64,000 nucleotides of DNA, taken from positions 3,844,001 through 3,908,000 of the forward strand of contig CP089274.1 in assembly GCA_023920165.1 (NCBI GenBank), read 5' to 3'. Each line of letters opens with the position of its first letter. Position 1 is the stretch's first letter. Shown here one piece after another: positions 25,305 to 36,703 of this stretch. Made by a program: the position numbers and the translations under genes. Source of the stretch: Curvularia clavata. Its lineage: Eukaryota. Below the pieces are notes generated by a model. It had not been told where the DNA came from and made no database searches. It saw only the letters and a list, made by a program, of their open reading frames with translations.

Positions 25305-27295
25305 CAGTGGGGTGACACGAAAAAAGATCACAAGGAAAAATAGCATTTTTCACTAGGCTATATCTTAGCTAATAAAATAGCTAAAAATATAAAAGCTTAA
25401 GATTTGTATAGAGAATTACCAGCTCTTCTAGTCTATAATCTAAAAAGAAGCTTAGTAAGTATATAGCTCTTAGAAAGAAATGCTGAACTAGTGAGAAAAA
25501 AAAACGTCAACTTTACACGTATTTTTCGCGCTGAGATCTTGCAATTTATATAGCTATCTATATATAGATATATACTATTAGTATATATATATAATATATA
25601 TTTTTTATAGCTATAGTTACTTATCTAAATTAGAAGATATATATATAACTTATATTTTAGTAAATATATAAGATAATAATAGTAAATTACTATCTAATAT
25701 TTTGTATACCAGCCCTTAGCTTCCACTACTCTATTATAGCGTTTGGGCATAGATAAAATACAGCTATCTATGTCTTTTTGTGGTATTTTATGCCACTCTT
25801 GGTGAATAGCTGTAATAAACGTATTTATACTAGTCTCACTAGCGCCAGTGCCAAGACTAGAGCTTGGCAGCTTAGTAAGCCGATTTTTAAGCAAGCTCCA
25901 TACGTTTTCTATTGGATTTAGATCTGGGCTATACGCTGGATGGTCGAAAAGTGTAATTTTATGGCGCTTAAACCAGTCTAAAACGTTTCTAGCTTTATGG
26001 ATTGTTGCGTTATCTTGTTGGAATTTCCAGCCTAAATAGATATAGATTAGCTAACTATAACTGTATAGTTAGACTTATATATATATATTTATATATTTAG
26101 ATATATATATATATATAAGTAAAAATATATAGCAGAACTTACCGCGTTTTATATTCGGTTTTATATATGGTATTAGACATTTTCTAATATAGTGGTGATT
26201 TCGATGTTTTACTACGCTATTTGGCGTCTTAATAACCACTAGATTGGATCTGCCACCTATCCAAATAGCTCCCCAAACTTGGATAGTTATATCATGGGCT
26301 AAAAATTGGCTTAGTCAGCTAGATATATAAGATATAATATATATATATAGTTATATATATATATAAGTATATTTTGGCTTATTAGAAATATTTTTAAACG
26401 TACTTGTATTTTTAGTAGAGTATATTTTTGGATTTTGGTGGTATTTTGGCCTATTTCGAGAAAATTCGGCTCGAGATCCATATCCACGCTGGATTCCAGA
26501 CTCGTCAGAATATACAACTTTTTTAAAGTTAATATTACTGAGCTTTTTAAGCTTATTTTTAGCGTAGAGTAGGCGTTTTTTAGCTTTTTTCTCGTTTAAA
26601 ATTGGCTTTTTTTGACTAGTTGTTATAGTCCAGCCCTCTGCTTTTAAAACTCTTTGAAGAGTTCTACTAGATATTTCTAGATTATTTTCGTTTAATAATC
26701 TATTTTTTGGTTTTTTTGGACTGCGTAGTATATCTCTATTTAGAGCTCTTATTGCTCTAGAAGTTGTCTTAGAAATTCCGCCTAAACTAGCTCTTTTTGG
26801 CTCACTAATAGCTTTATATTTTCGTTTTATTCGAGCTATAGCGTTATATATAGACCGTGGATTTTTTTGAAAGTAATTTATTATATTTTTTATAGGTGTA
26901 TTAGCGTCTAAAAACGCTTTGATTTGGCGTTCGAAATTCGACAGTTGTGGCTCCATTGTGTGGGGAATACAGTTTTAAGTTGCTAGAAATGAAAAGCTAT
27001 AGTTATATACTAGTTGATTACTAATAGCTGACTAAGCTAGTGCTTATGTAAGCTAGTGCCAAAATTTCAAATCTCATATAGCTATTTAACTAGATAGACA
27101 ACTATAGCTTAAAACTATATATATTATATATAAATACTAATAGTATATATCTATATATAGATAGCTATATAAAATAACAAATATCAGCGCCAAAAATACG
27201 TGCAAAGTTGACGTTTTTTTTTCTCTCTAGTTCAGCATTTCTTTCTAAGAGCTATATACTTACTAAGCTTCTTTTTAGATTATAGACTAGAAGAG
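25305..27295 (-). mobile_element. Tc1-like DNA transposon copy 1 (long TIRs; right TIR cut by the C2 LTR)
   Basis: TA|cagtggggtgacacg terminus; inserted at a TA in the C1 integrase; right TIR stops at 27295. Confidence 0.88.
25694..26956 (-). CDS. Tc1-family DD34E transposase, 3 exons, 348 aa, intact
   Basis: Exons 26956-26404, 26298-26143, 26031-25694 total 1047 nt. Motifs SDESG, VWGAI, FQQDNATIH, SPDLNPIENVW; 34 residues between the second D and E. Confidence 0.87.
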
Positions 27296-27718
27296 TGTTA
27301 AGAGTATGATCTTGAGTGGAAGTAATATAAGACTTCTAGTGTCAAGATCTTCTTAGGTTGGTTTTCGCGGATAAAGTAATAGTGTGTTATGAACGGGGTT
27401 CTGCAGTAACTATTATATTGTAGGTACTGTACTTGTAACTTAAGTTGAACACATCGAGCTATAAGGGCTTAATACCTATTCCTATATACTAAGGTGTTAT
27501 GCAGAGTGCTCTATTGCTCTGTCGTGCCAAGCACTACAGATTAATAGATTAAATGCACGTTGCTCTATTGCTCTATTCTGCTAAGCGTTATAGATCACAG
27601 AGCACATCACGTGATCTAGTGCGGCATGGCTGTAGGATTGCGGCGCAGTACCTATACGTAGGAATTCTCCAAACTGCTTACTAGCTCGTGCGTATTATAG
27701 TTTTCCAGGGTCGTAACA
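27296..27718 (-). repeat. 3' LTR of C2 (U3 type 2)
   Basis: First ~195 bp shared with the C1 and C3 LTRs, remainder different; ends gtcgtaaca, followed by the PPT complement ctattctccctctct. Confidence 0.85.
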
Positions 27719-27876
27719 CTATTCTCCCTCTCTATTAGTTTATCCTCAAACTTAAGATCTTAGGGTTATTATCTAGAGAGGCGTATTTAGAGTTACTAGT
27801 TAAGTAGCGTTTCGGTAGTACGCTATAACTGACTTAGTCTCTTATTATAGGCGTTATCGCCCTGCTATCGTTTATT

Positions 27877-28458
27877 ATACTAAAATAATAACCTTTGTCC
27901 AGTACTACTCATTGTTCAGCCCTTGCTGATTTCGTAGATTCTTTTAGTACCATTATAGTTTAAAAATGCGAAGCGTGTGTGAAAAATAGGCGGGTGTACA
28001 AAGTGTATATTTGCTTAGGGAAGTGTAGCAAGTGTCTTTATCGTAACTAGTGCTATAATATTCGGGTTATAGAGTCTGAATTTAAACGTTTTACTTTAGA
28101 GAAAGAGAAGTTAGAGGCGCGCATAAAGGAGAGTCAGGAAGCTTAAGATACTACTATACGTTTGTATAAGTAGGCTTTAGAAAAGCTTCGTACGCAACGT
28201 ACTTGGGAGTAATATTTACGTCTTTAGATGGATTTATTAGAGTATCGCACCAAGGAGGCGATAGCGGTTAAGAGTAGGGAGCTAGAAGAGTTAGAGTGGG
28301 GTGAGGTTATAGAGTTTCCTAAGTTGGGCTCTTCTCTTATCCTTTCTCCTAGTACCTAGAGTGCCTTCGAGGGTTTGCCTTTAGATTACTAGGAACCTCT
28401 TAACGTAAGTTTACTTGTTGCCGGTGGTACTAGGTCAAGTATAGGCGGCAATTTATAA
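27877..28458 (+). pseudogene. RIP-mutated antisense Zn(II)2Cys6 + coiled-coil gene of C2
   Basis: CEACVKNRRV[Y]KVYICLGKCSKCLYRN*C[Y] from 27967, then EKEKLEARIKESQEA. The de-RIPed start reads like MPKQQP..ST..R.ALADFVDSFGTIM, similar to the D gene. Confidence 0.75.
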
Positions 28459-29778
28459 AGTTTGTTTTCTATTTCTATATATTCTCGCTGTTGTTATATC
28501 CTAACTATTTAACTAGGTACTTGGTTTCTTTCCTTATAGTGCGGTGTGCTAGAATTTTCTCGACTTCGAACTTATTTTCCTCTTCTAGTTCGAAATAAAA
28601 TGTTTTTTGTAATAGTGTTTTAGGGTCTGCGGGTTTTAGTAGCTTAATGTAAAATCTTAGGTATATCTTTACATCTAGTAGTAGATTAAGTATATAGATA
28701 ACTAGTCTATTCTAGACTTTAATTAAAAATAGCCTAACATAGATATTGTCTAATCTCTTGCTTAGTCGTGTCGTGCGAAGGTTCTTCATAAATAGATATA
28801 CTTTATCCCCCTTCTTTAGCTAAGATGCTATTTTTCTTTTCTAGTTAACATATAAGATGCTTTAGCGTTGAGCCTTTTCAAGTAATTCTCGTAGTTCTTT
28901 ATATATTTTCTTTATTTCTTTAGTTATAGCGATAGCTACTTCTATTTTCAAACTTGGTAACGTTTTAGTAAAGAGATTTAGATATCTTCTATAGTTTACG
29001 TAAAATAGTATTTATTTTGTTAATTCTAATAATTTATTATTATATACTAGTTGTGCCATAGGTAGCAGTTATACCTAATTATTTTATTAGTAGTTACTGT
29101 ACATCCTAAAGTATGTCTTTATCGTGCGATTTGTTCTTTCTATTTGTCCATTAGTCTCCGGGTAGTATGCTGTAGATAGCTTCTGCTTAGTGCCTATTTC
29201 TACTATAAGTGTGGTCCAGAAATTTGATATAAAAAGCTTATCTCTATTGCTAATGATTGTTTTTGGTATTCTATAGTGTCTAATAATTCTATTAAGAATA
29301 ACGTATGCTAATTGCACTGCGGTATAGTCTTTTCTAAATAGTATATATTCTATATATTTCGTAAATCTATTAATAACGACTAATATCGCGTCGTAGGTTA
29401 TTCTAGTAATAGGATCTATTAATAGTGGTAATCCTGTAACGAAGTCCATGGAGATGTCTATCCAAGGGGTGTTTGGCAGTTCTAGTGCTTGCATTTCTCC
29501 ATATAGTGCGTGTGTGCTGTACTTATTCTTCTAACAGTATTCGCATTTAGCGATAAAAACTGCGACCTTTTCCTTTATTTTGCTAAATTCGAAGTTTCTT
29601 CAAATCAGTTCTATTATTCTAGCGATCCCGGGATATCCATATACGGGGTCGTCATAATATTACTAAATAATTACTTCCTACTAGTCTTTAGATATATCAT
29701 TTCTAATTATCATAAGCAGGTTAAGCTCGTATACTAGGCTCAATATTCCGTCTTTATTTATCTATAGTATCAGTCAGT

Positions 29779-30049
29779 TGTAACGGCGCGAGCAAGACTA
29801 GTCGAATCGGTTCCGGTGGGAAGTGTCACTCAAATGCATATGGAAGTGCGTGGGACAGCAGAAACACCTTGGATTCGGTAGACACTCATAGGCCTGGTAC
29901 GAAAGGATATCAAAAATCTACCGAACATCTATGGAAGGTACCTGGTACTTATACCTGGGTGCGGGTCTTCATCGGGTCTGACCCGGCTCTCAATCGGATC
30001 TTGATAAGCTGCCCTGGCTGGGGTATGTTTTGGTCTATGCATGGTTACA
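29779..30049 (-). repeat. 3' LTR of B1
   Basis: tgtaacggcg...atggttaca; same sequence as 36704-36974. Confidence 0.93.
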
Positions 30050-30534
30050 TTACCCCCCCTCCCGGTAGACAGCTGGTCCCACAGCTGTCTGTTCCGGTTG
30101 TCATTCTTCTTCCCTGCACCATGGGGTCCCTCGTTCCTGATTTCCCCCAGATTTTCCCCACACTGCGCCACTTCGGGCAATAGGATGCTCCGGTTCCGGT
30201 GTGGCTCCCGTGGCCGTGCATGTCCTTCACTTGAGCCTCTGTGCCTGAGCCTCAGTGACCATTCCGGTACTCACGTGGCGCTGCTGCCTTGCTGCCTGGC
30301 CGCTAGGCCGTTTGCCTTCACCTGCCAGACAGGCCTGGACGCTTCGATCGGAGCTCCGAGTCGCCGGCGATTCGTTTGTAGTCAGGGTCCAACGGCTATC
30401 CAGGTCACGTGTGCCAAGACTGTTTGCTCCCCCAGTGTGTATATCAACAACAACACAGTGTCGCCGCCGAGTTTTCTCCTCCACGCTTCTCAATCAAAAC
30501 AAGTCAATTACAACTCAACGCACTCGTTTTCGCT

Positions 30535-31202
30535 ATGCCTCTTCGTTGTCCGCCCGGTGCGCTGCCGGATGCGTATCGCTTCATCTGTCTGCGAGCTGTC
30601 CGCGCCTTGGCGCGCCGTCAGTTCGACATTGCTTACGCCTACCCGTCCGATTCCTCCAAGAAGTGTCTTTATTGCACCCAGCAGAAGGAGAAGTGCGATC
30701 CTGTAAGTTTGCTTCTCTTTTCCTTCACTGTTTGCAGCTTGGCTAACCCGGATAGGTTCCCGAGTACGTCTTCGAGGAGTTTCACGATTTGATCGATGCC
30801 ATCGAGTTGTGTGCCATCGCTCGGTATGGCCCTGCAGTTGATGCCGATACGGAGGTATTGCTTGATCGAATCGCTGCCGCCGCTTTGGACATCGCCCGCA
30901 AGGTCCAAGTTGTCAGGTCCCAGGAGAAGGAGCTTTCAGTCAATCAGCTCCTCGTCGCCCAGAACCAGGTCCTGAGGGACATCCGAGACAGCATCTCGGA
31001 GTTGGTCGATACAGTCAATGGCATGGAAAGGCGCCTTTCGCGTCTTGAGGCCAGGTCGGCTCGGGGTGGCGCCCGGGTCGGCCCTCGGGTCGAGGAGTCG
31101 GAGGAATGGTCTGGTTTGTCCTCCTCCTCAGAGGAGGACAAGGGTGCGGTTGACCAGGAGATGGCCGACGCTGAGCAGGAGCGCTCTGATGTTGAACTTT
31201 GA
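30535..31202 (+). CDS. Spliced antisense accessory gene of B1 (204 aa; Cys motif, coiled coil, acidic tail)
   Basis: Exon 1 30535-30702 (MPLRCPPG...ICLRA...KKCLYCTQQKEKCDP), intron 30703-30755 (GTAAGT...GCTAAC...ATAG), exon 2 30756-31202 in frame with the 137-aa ORF. Confidence 0.75.
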
Positions 31203-31300
31203 GTGAGGTGACATTTTGGGGGTTTGTTGGTGGTTGTGGGGTTCGGGTCCGAGTTTCCTTTGTTACTGATACCCAATGAAGTTTCTGTTTTTCCTTTTCT

Positions 31301-34300
31301 TTAAATTTTGTCATCCTGCAGTGAAGTCATATCCTCTGTGCCTTGTTCCCATGCCGTGATCCACTTGCCAAGGGAACGTGGGGGTCCCGGTTTGGTGGGA
31401 TGTTGTTCATGGAAGAGTTTGAGCTTGTGTGGGGCTCCCATGAAGTTTGAGGCTGGGTACCAGGTAGGATCCGGGTCATGTCCGACCCACCGTACTTGGT
31501 ATTTTAGGTTTGAGCGGTACAACTTGCTTGCTAGGATTTCTTCTACCTCCCATTCTTCCACGCCTTGGATGGGAGTTGCTGGGGGCTTTGGAGGTTCTTG
31601 TCCTGGGAGGGGGTCTTGAGGATCTTTGCATAATAGATCCGGGGCGAAGACATCATGGATCCGGGACCTTTTCGGAAGGTCCAAGCGGTATGAATGTCCT
31701 ACCTTCTCAAGTACCCTGAAGGGTCCCTCCCATTTGGAGGATAGCTTCCTACTCGGACGGTCTGACGCGAGGTTCCGGGTACTTAGGAAGACCATGTCTC
31801 CCACATCCCAGTCAACAGAACGACGATGGCGGTTGACTGTGGTTCGCATCCTGTCCTGGGCTTTCTCCATTTGTTCCTTAGCTACCTTCCATGCGTCGTG
31901 CATGCGGGTAGCCATTTCCAATGCATCCTTATGGTTGAGTTTGTCAGTGGGGGTGAGAAGGCTGGTGGAATGTTTCCAGTCCCAACTCTGCCGGGGTTCG
32001 GAACCATATAGGATGTGGTACGGGGACATGCCAATGGAAGAATGTGGTAGGGAAATTTGAGCACGATCGATCAAAGGTAGAAGTCCACTCCAGTTGTCTT
32101 GGTAGTAGGATACGAATGGGCGCAACCTCTGATCGATGTACTTATTCATAATCTCTGTCTGACCATCCGTTTCTTTGTGGTAGGCGGTTGACAGCTTGAC
32201 CTTAACGCCTAGGATTCGGCAGAATTCCGACCAGAAGCTTGAAATGAACTGTGGTCCTCGGTCAGAGACTATGGTTTCAGGTGTGTGGCCAAATCGGTAC
32301 ACCCATTGAACGAATAGGTCGGCCATTCCCCTTGCATCAATAGTCTTGTGGCAGGGGATGGAGATGGCCTGCTTAGATAACCGGTCGATCACGACCATGA
32401 TCATGTCGTAACCGGATCGGTCTCGGGGAAATTCCTTAAAGTCGATGCACAGGTGCTGCATCGGCCGGTCAGGAATTGGCAAAGGATGAATCATCCCTGG
32501 AATTCGGGTCTGTCTAGGATGGGCCTTCCTACAGGCTATGCAATTCCGCACATACCTTTTACAGGTGGATTCCATACCCTTCCAGTGGTACTTCTGGGAC
32601 AGTAGTTGGTAGGTCTTCTTTGCACTGGGGTGCGCTGAGGATACCTGGTCGTGTACTTCCCGAATGAGGCGAGTCACAAGGGTAGAGGTGGAAGGAATGC
32701 ATAGGCGGTTGGAATAGAGCAGGAGTCCGTTTTCGATCCGGTATCTGTCCGGAAGGGACCTTCGCTCTGCCCCAAACGAGGCTCGGTTCTCTTGTAGGAT
32801 AGACTCGATCAGCTCCAGCGAATCGAGGGACATCGGCTCCGATATGGGCTCAACTACAAGTAAGGAGAAAGATTCCGCTTGGAGTTGGGCTACATAGGTC
32901 TTAGCAAGTTCGGAGTTGATTCGGTTGTCAAGTCGGTGCGGTCCCAGGAGGACCCGCGAACGGTTGTCAATTTGGGCTGTCTTCAGATTCCCCACATCTT
33001 GCTCCCGTCGGGAGAGGATGTCAGCACGAGCATTATCCTTTCCGGGGGTGTATCGGATGTGGAAATTGAAGGATGCCAACTCTTCCGCCCATCGCACCTG
33101 GCGGGCATTCAGAACTTTGGTAGTCATGAAGTATTCAAGGGAACGGTGGTCTGAGTACACGTCGACACGAGAGCGTACCGACAGCAGTTCAGGTCGCCAC
33201 TTGCTAAACGCCGTTACGATGGCGAATAGTTCTTTGTCGTGTATTTCCCAGTTCAGCTCAGACCCGGATAGGACCTTGCTGAAGAATGCTACAGGACACC
33301 AATTTCCATTTGGCTGCTTTTGGGAAAGAACGCCTGCCACAACGCCATCGGACGCGTCGGTCTCCACCTTGGTATCATACTCTGGATGGTAGTGGTACAA
33401 GGTGGGAATTGCCAGCAGTGCAGATTTTAACCTTTCAAAGGCTTGGTCGCACTCCGAATCCCATACGAATGGTCTTGAGGGGCTCTGGAGGGCGAGGAGA
33501 GGTTTCGCAATTCGCGAGTATTCAGGAACGAACTGCCTGTAGAACCCAGTGAACCCTAGGAACGACTTCACACCAGTAACGGTGGTAGGTCGGACCCAAT
33601 CTTGAAGGGCTTCCACCTTGTCAGGGTCCACCTCTAGACCTTGGTTGGTCAAAATGTACCCTAGGTATTTGGTCCGAGTGACATGGAATTCGCTTTTCTT
33701 GATGTCAACTTGGAGACCGGCTTGCCTAAGCCTTTCCAAGACCTGTTGTACGTGGCGGGGGTGGTCCGGTTCCGATTCGGAGTAGATCAAAATGTCGTCT
33801 AGGTAGACTATGCAGAAGCTGTCTAGATAATCAATCAACACATCATTCATGTAGCGTTGATATGTTGCAGGGCCGTTGCATAATCCAAAAGGCAACACTT
33901 TGGACTTGTAGGTTCCGTATCTAGTGCGGAACGTGGTGTACTCCTCCGAGTCGGGGTGCATTCGGATCTTGTTGAATGCCGCACGTATGTCGAGCTTGGT
34001 GAAGATTTTCGCCTTGTGGGTGCGGGCTAGAAGCTCGTCAATGCGTGGTATCGGATACGCATCCTTTCTGGTGATTGCGTTGAGTCGGCGGTAATCTACA
34101 CAGATGCGAATGTCTCCGTTTGGCTTCCGAACACAAAGGACTGGGGAGGCGAAGGGGCAGTGGCTTGGGTCAATGTGTCCTTTCCTAAGGTTTTCCATTA
34201 CGAACGTCTTGGTGGCTTCGAGTTCTTCAGTGCTCTGCTTGTACAGAGGACTGAATTGATTCGGAAGAGGTTCGGTCAGCACAATCTTATGATCGTATGG

Positions 34301-35236
34301 GCGATGTTCGGGCAGTAGCTCTGCCGCTGTCTTGCTGAAGACATCGCGGTACGAATGGTAAGCGGATGGAAGTCGGTCCCGAACAAGTTTGGCGTTTTCG
34401 GGATCGTCTGGCTTCATGCGCTCTTCTAAGATGCGATCGATCTCATAGATACTTGTCGTGAAGAACTCGTTTTCCTTACGCTTCATAGAATAATGGAAAG
34501 CATTTGCCGAAATGATGGCGATACGGGGTGAAGATGTTGGTCGGATAGGGTCCGGAGTAGGGTCGGGAACAGGTAGTGGTAGACGAACCTTGGGAAGTTT
34601 GAGGCATCCTCTAATTCTTCGCATGAGAGCTTTGCGAGGACTGTTTTGCCTACGGTAGTTGTCCTTTTCCCATAGTGCGTCTCGCCTCTGTATGTCCCGT
34701 TCCACATCAGCATCGATGGAAGGTTGTTTCAACTGTACAAGGATAGGTGGCGCGGGATCATATGTTGGAGGGTACTTGGCCGGCCATACGATCCGGTTCC
34801 GGCTCGTATCAAGCCTAAGCTGGAAACGTCTTAACCACTTGATTCCAATTATGCAGTCCTGTGTCCCTAGATCCATGATCACGAAGGGACAGTTGTAAAT
34901 CTTTCTTCCATCGATTCGGATATGTAACCGAATATATTTGTCTACCCTAGTTTGGACTTGGTCCTGAAATCCTTTGACTGTGATCTTGAAGGGAAGTCTT
35001 CGGATGGGGACCTGAAGGGAGCCGGAGAGGGTACGAGCAATAGCAGAATTTAAGAATAAAAAGCCTTGGGCTCCAGTGTCAACTAAGGAGTGCAAGCTGA
35101 CACCAAACCCTTTCGAACAAAGAACGGTGGGTACTAGGAAGTGTTTTCCTCCGAACAAGTGGGATAAATCAATTTTAGCTAGATCGTACTTGTTCATGCC
35201 TAGGGCGGAGAGTTTTCCTAGGCCTGGTGGTTTCCC
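31301..35236 (-). CDS. B1 pol (protease, RT, RNase H, integrase, chromodomain), made by -1 frameshift
   Basis: LVDTGA; YLDDILIYS; ETDASD; HDQVSSAH..CIAC; IVSDRGPQF, TDGQTE; WEVEEIL..YQVRWVG; slippery G GGA AAC at 35236-35230. Confidence 0.93.
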   Translation of the reverse strand, partial: GKPPGLGKLSALGMNKYDLAKIDLSHLFGGKHFLVPTVLCSKGFGVSLHSLVDTGAQGFLFLNSAIARTLSGSLQVPIRRLPFKITVKGFQDQVQTRVDKYIRLHIRIDGRKIYNCPFVIMDLGTQDCIIGIKWLRRFQLRLDTSRNRIVWPAKYPPTYDPAPPILVQLKQPSIDADVERDIQRRDALWEKDNYRRQNSPRKALMRRIRGCLKLPKVRLPLPVPDPTPDPIRPTSSPRIAIISANAFHYSMKRKENEFFTTSIYEIDRILEERMKPDDPENAKLVRDRLPSAYHSYRDVFSKTAAELLPEHRPYDHKIVLTEPLPNQFSPLYKQSTEELEATKTFVMENLRKGHIDPSHCPFASPVLCVRKPNGDIRICVDYRRLNAITRKDAYPIPRIDELLARTHKAKIFTKLDIRAAFNKIRMHPDSEEYTTFRTRYGTYKSKVLPFGLCNGPATYQRYMNDVLIDYLDSFCIVYLDDILIYSESEPDHPRHVQQVLERLRQAGLQVDIKKSEFHVTRTKYLGYILTNQGLEVDPDKVEALQDWVRPTTVTGVKSFLGFTGFYRQFVPEYSRIAKPLLALQSPSRPFVWDSECDQAFERLKSALLAIPTLYHYHPEYDTKVETDASDGVVAGVLSQKQPNGNWCPVAFFSKVLSGSELNWEIHDKELFAIVTAFSKWRPELLSVRSRVDVYSDHRSLEYFMTTKVLNARQVRWAEELASFNFHIRYTPGKDNARADILSRREQDVGNLKTAQIDNRSRVLLGPHRLDNRINSELAKTYVAQLQAESFSLLVVEPISEPMSLDSLELIESILQENRASFGAERRSLPDRYRIENGLLLYSNRLCIPSTSTLVTRLIREVHDQVSSAHPSAKKTYQLLSQKYHWKGMESTCKRYVRNCIACRKAHPRQTRIPGMIHPLPIPDRPMQHLCIDFKEFPRDRSGYDMIMVVIDRLSKQAISIPCHKTIDARGMADLFVQWVYRFGHTPETIVSDRGPQFISSFWSEFCRILGVKVKLSTAYHKETDGQTEIMNKYIDQRLRPFVSYYQDNWSGLLPLIDRAQISLPHSSIGMSPYHILYGSEPRQSWDWKHSTSLLTPTDKLNHKDALEMATRMHDAWKVAKEQMEKAQDRMRTTVNRHRRSVDWDVGDMVFLSTRNLASDRPSRKLSSKWEGPFRVLEKVGHSYRLDLPKRSRIHDVFAPDLLCKDPQDPLPGQEPPKPPATPIQGVEEWEVEEILASKLYRSNLKYQVRWVGHDPDPTWYPASNFMGAPHKLKLFHEQHPTKPGPPRSLGKWITAWEQGTEDMTSLQDDKI

Positions 35237-36408
35237 GCCCGGTCCTCCTCCGATAAGTATTCGTGTGCTTCTTCGAATTCTTCCTTCTCTGCTTCGATTT
35301 CTCGAACCCGAGGAATGGGGCACTCATTCGCATAATGTCCAGGTTTTCCGCAGTTATAGCAATTGCTAGTAGTCGGTTTGCTATCCAGTGCGGGGGTCTT
35401 TGAAGGGAACCTGGGGGTATTAGAATGAGCGCGAGATTGGGTCGGAGCTGGTTCGGATCGGACTCCATAAGTGTTTGGGCGGTAGTCCCGGTATTGACTG
35501 ACGCGGGGCTTCGTTGGTGGAGTACGAGAATTATTGGAAGTGGGTTCCGAACCGTGTCCGAAAGGAGTGTTCCTTCTTTCGGTATCGAAGGCAGTAAGGT
35601 GTTGTATCATCTTGTCAAAGGAGTTGTTCCACTGGTGTTTAAATCCCAAGTTTGGAACACGCAAGGCGGGGGTAATTTTTTCCCATAAGTAGAAAAACCA
35701 CTCCGACTTCGATACGGATCCTTTGACGGCAGCACTTATAAATTTTGCCTTAAATTCAGCGAAGGTTTCCTTTTTGTCCATGAGCAAGCGGTGGAAAGCA
35801 GCGCGGCTTTCCGCTTGCTCGTTGCCGGATACGAAGTATGATTTTAGAGTAGCTATCATATCTTCGGCGTTTTGGAACCGGTCCTCCACCGAATCGGCTA
35901 GGTACTGTGGTTCCAGGTATCCCTTGGCGATACCTGTAGTATGTCCCCAGACTAGAGCCATGCGTGCGCGTTCACTCCGATAATGGTCCGCATTGATTGT
36001 TAAGCGGTCCTCTATTGACGCTTGCCATTGGCGGAACGTAGGTTCTGTTCCATCACTAAGGTTATCAATGGAAGGGGTACGTTCTGTGAGTTTGACACGT
36101 AGCAGGTCCGGGGTTGCTGACTGGTACCTTCCGAATTGAGTTTCGGTTGGTTCAGCGATAGTCGGTGGTGATTCGGTGGAGGGGAGAGGTTGATCTGGGG
36201 CTGCGGTGTTTTGGCGGGACAGCCGTGCGATTTGTTCGTTTAGCCTGTCGATCTCTGCCCGAAGGAGGCTAGTCTCATCCTCTTCCGAATCCTCTTCCTC
36301 TTCGACGGCTGGCGGTTTGCCAGGCGTCTTCTCTCTTGACTTCGAATCTTGGAAGCGCGGCGACTTCCTGGAAAGCTCTCCTGAGCCGGATGGGGTTCGG
36401 TCAGCCAT
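35218..36408 (-). CDS. B1 gag with CCHC zinc knuckle
   Basis: 396-aa ORF with CYNCGKPGHYANEC. Confidence 0.92.
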   Translation of the reverse strand: MADRTPSGSGELSRKSPRFQDSKSREKTPGKPPAVEEEEDSEEDETSLLRAEIDRLNEQIARLSRQNTAAPDQPLPSTESPPTIAEPTETQFGRYQSATPDLLRVKLTERTPSIDNLSDGTEPTFRQWQASIEDRLTINADHYRSERARMALVWGHTTGIAKGYLEPQYLADSVEDRFQNAEDMIATLKSYFVSGNEQAESRAAFHRLLMDKKETFAEFKAKFISAAVKGSVSKSEWFFYLWEKITPALRVPNLGFKHQWNNSFDKMIQHLTAFDTERRNTPFGHGSEPTSNNSRTPPTKPRVSQYRDYRPNTYGVRSEPAPTQSRAHSNTPRFPSKTPALDSKPTTSNCYNCGKPGHYANECPIPRVREIEAEKEEFEEAHEYLSEEDRAGNHQA

Positions 36409-36703
36409 CGACGGTTGTCTTCGTGGCTGATGGGTTTTTGGTAGTCTCCGAGTCTCTACCTTGGCGCAATCTACGCGACTTCTCCGAAGTTAACCTGACT
36501 GCAATCAGTACAGGAGGTCCAAACCCAAAGGCTTCGGTCGGCGGGAGATCGAAGGGATCCCGCCTGTGTGTGAATGTGGGACGTAACGGTGTGAAGTATC
36601 CGGAGCGGTTCCGGAGGGACTTGGGCTTGGGCGCGGTCTCAACAAACAAGCTGCGATATTGTTTTGAAGGCCGTCACCGGCTGGGACGAGATTTTTGATA
36701 TAA

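Noticed and set aside
26070..26370. (TA)n tracts as independent microsatellites
   Set aside because: They lie inside the two transposase introns and recur in copy 2.
29869..30183. Repeated ORF MDSVDTHRPG (also at 36794, and the D pair at 56107/62961)
   Set aside because: Repeats only because it lies in LTRs; no sign of coding function.
30041..30746. Overlapping ORFs of 221 and 163 aa in the B1 3' region as extra genes
   Set aside because: No motifs and no convincing start; the spliced model from ATG 30535 explains the region better.
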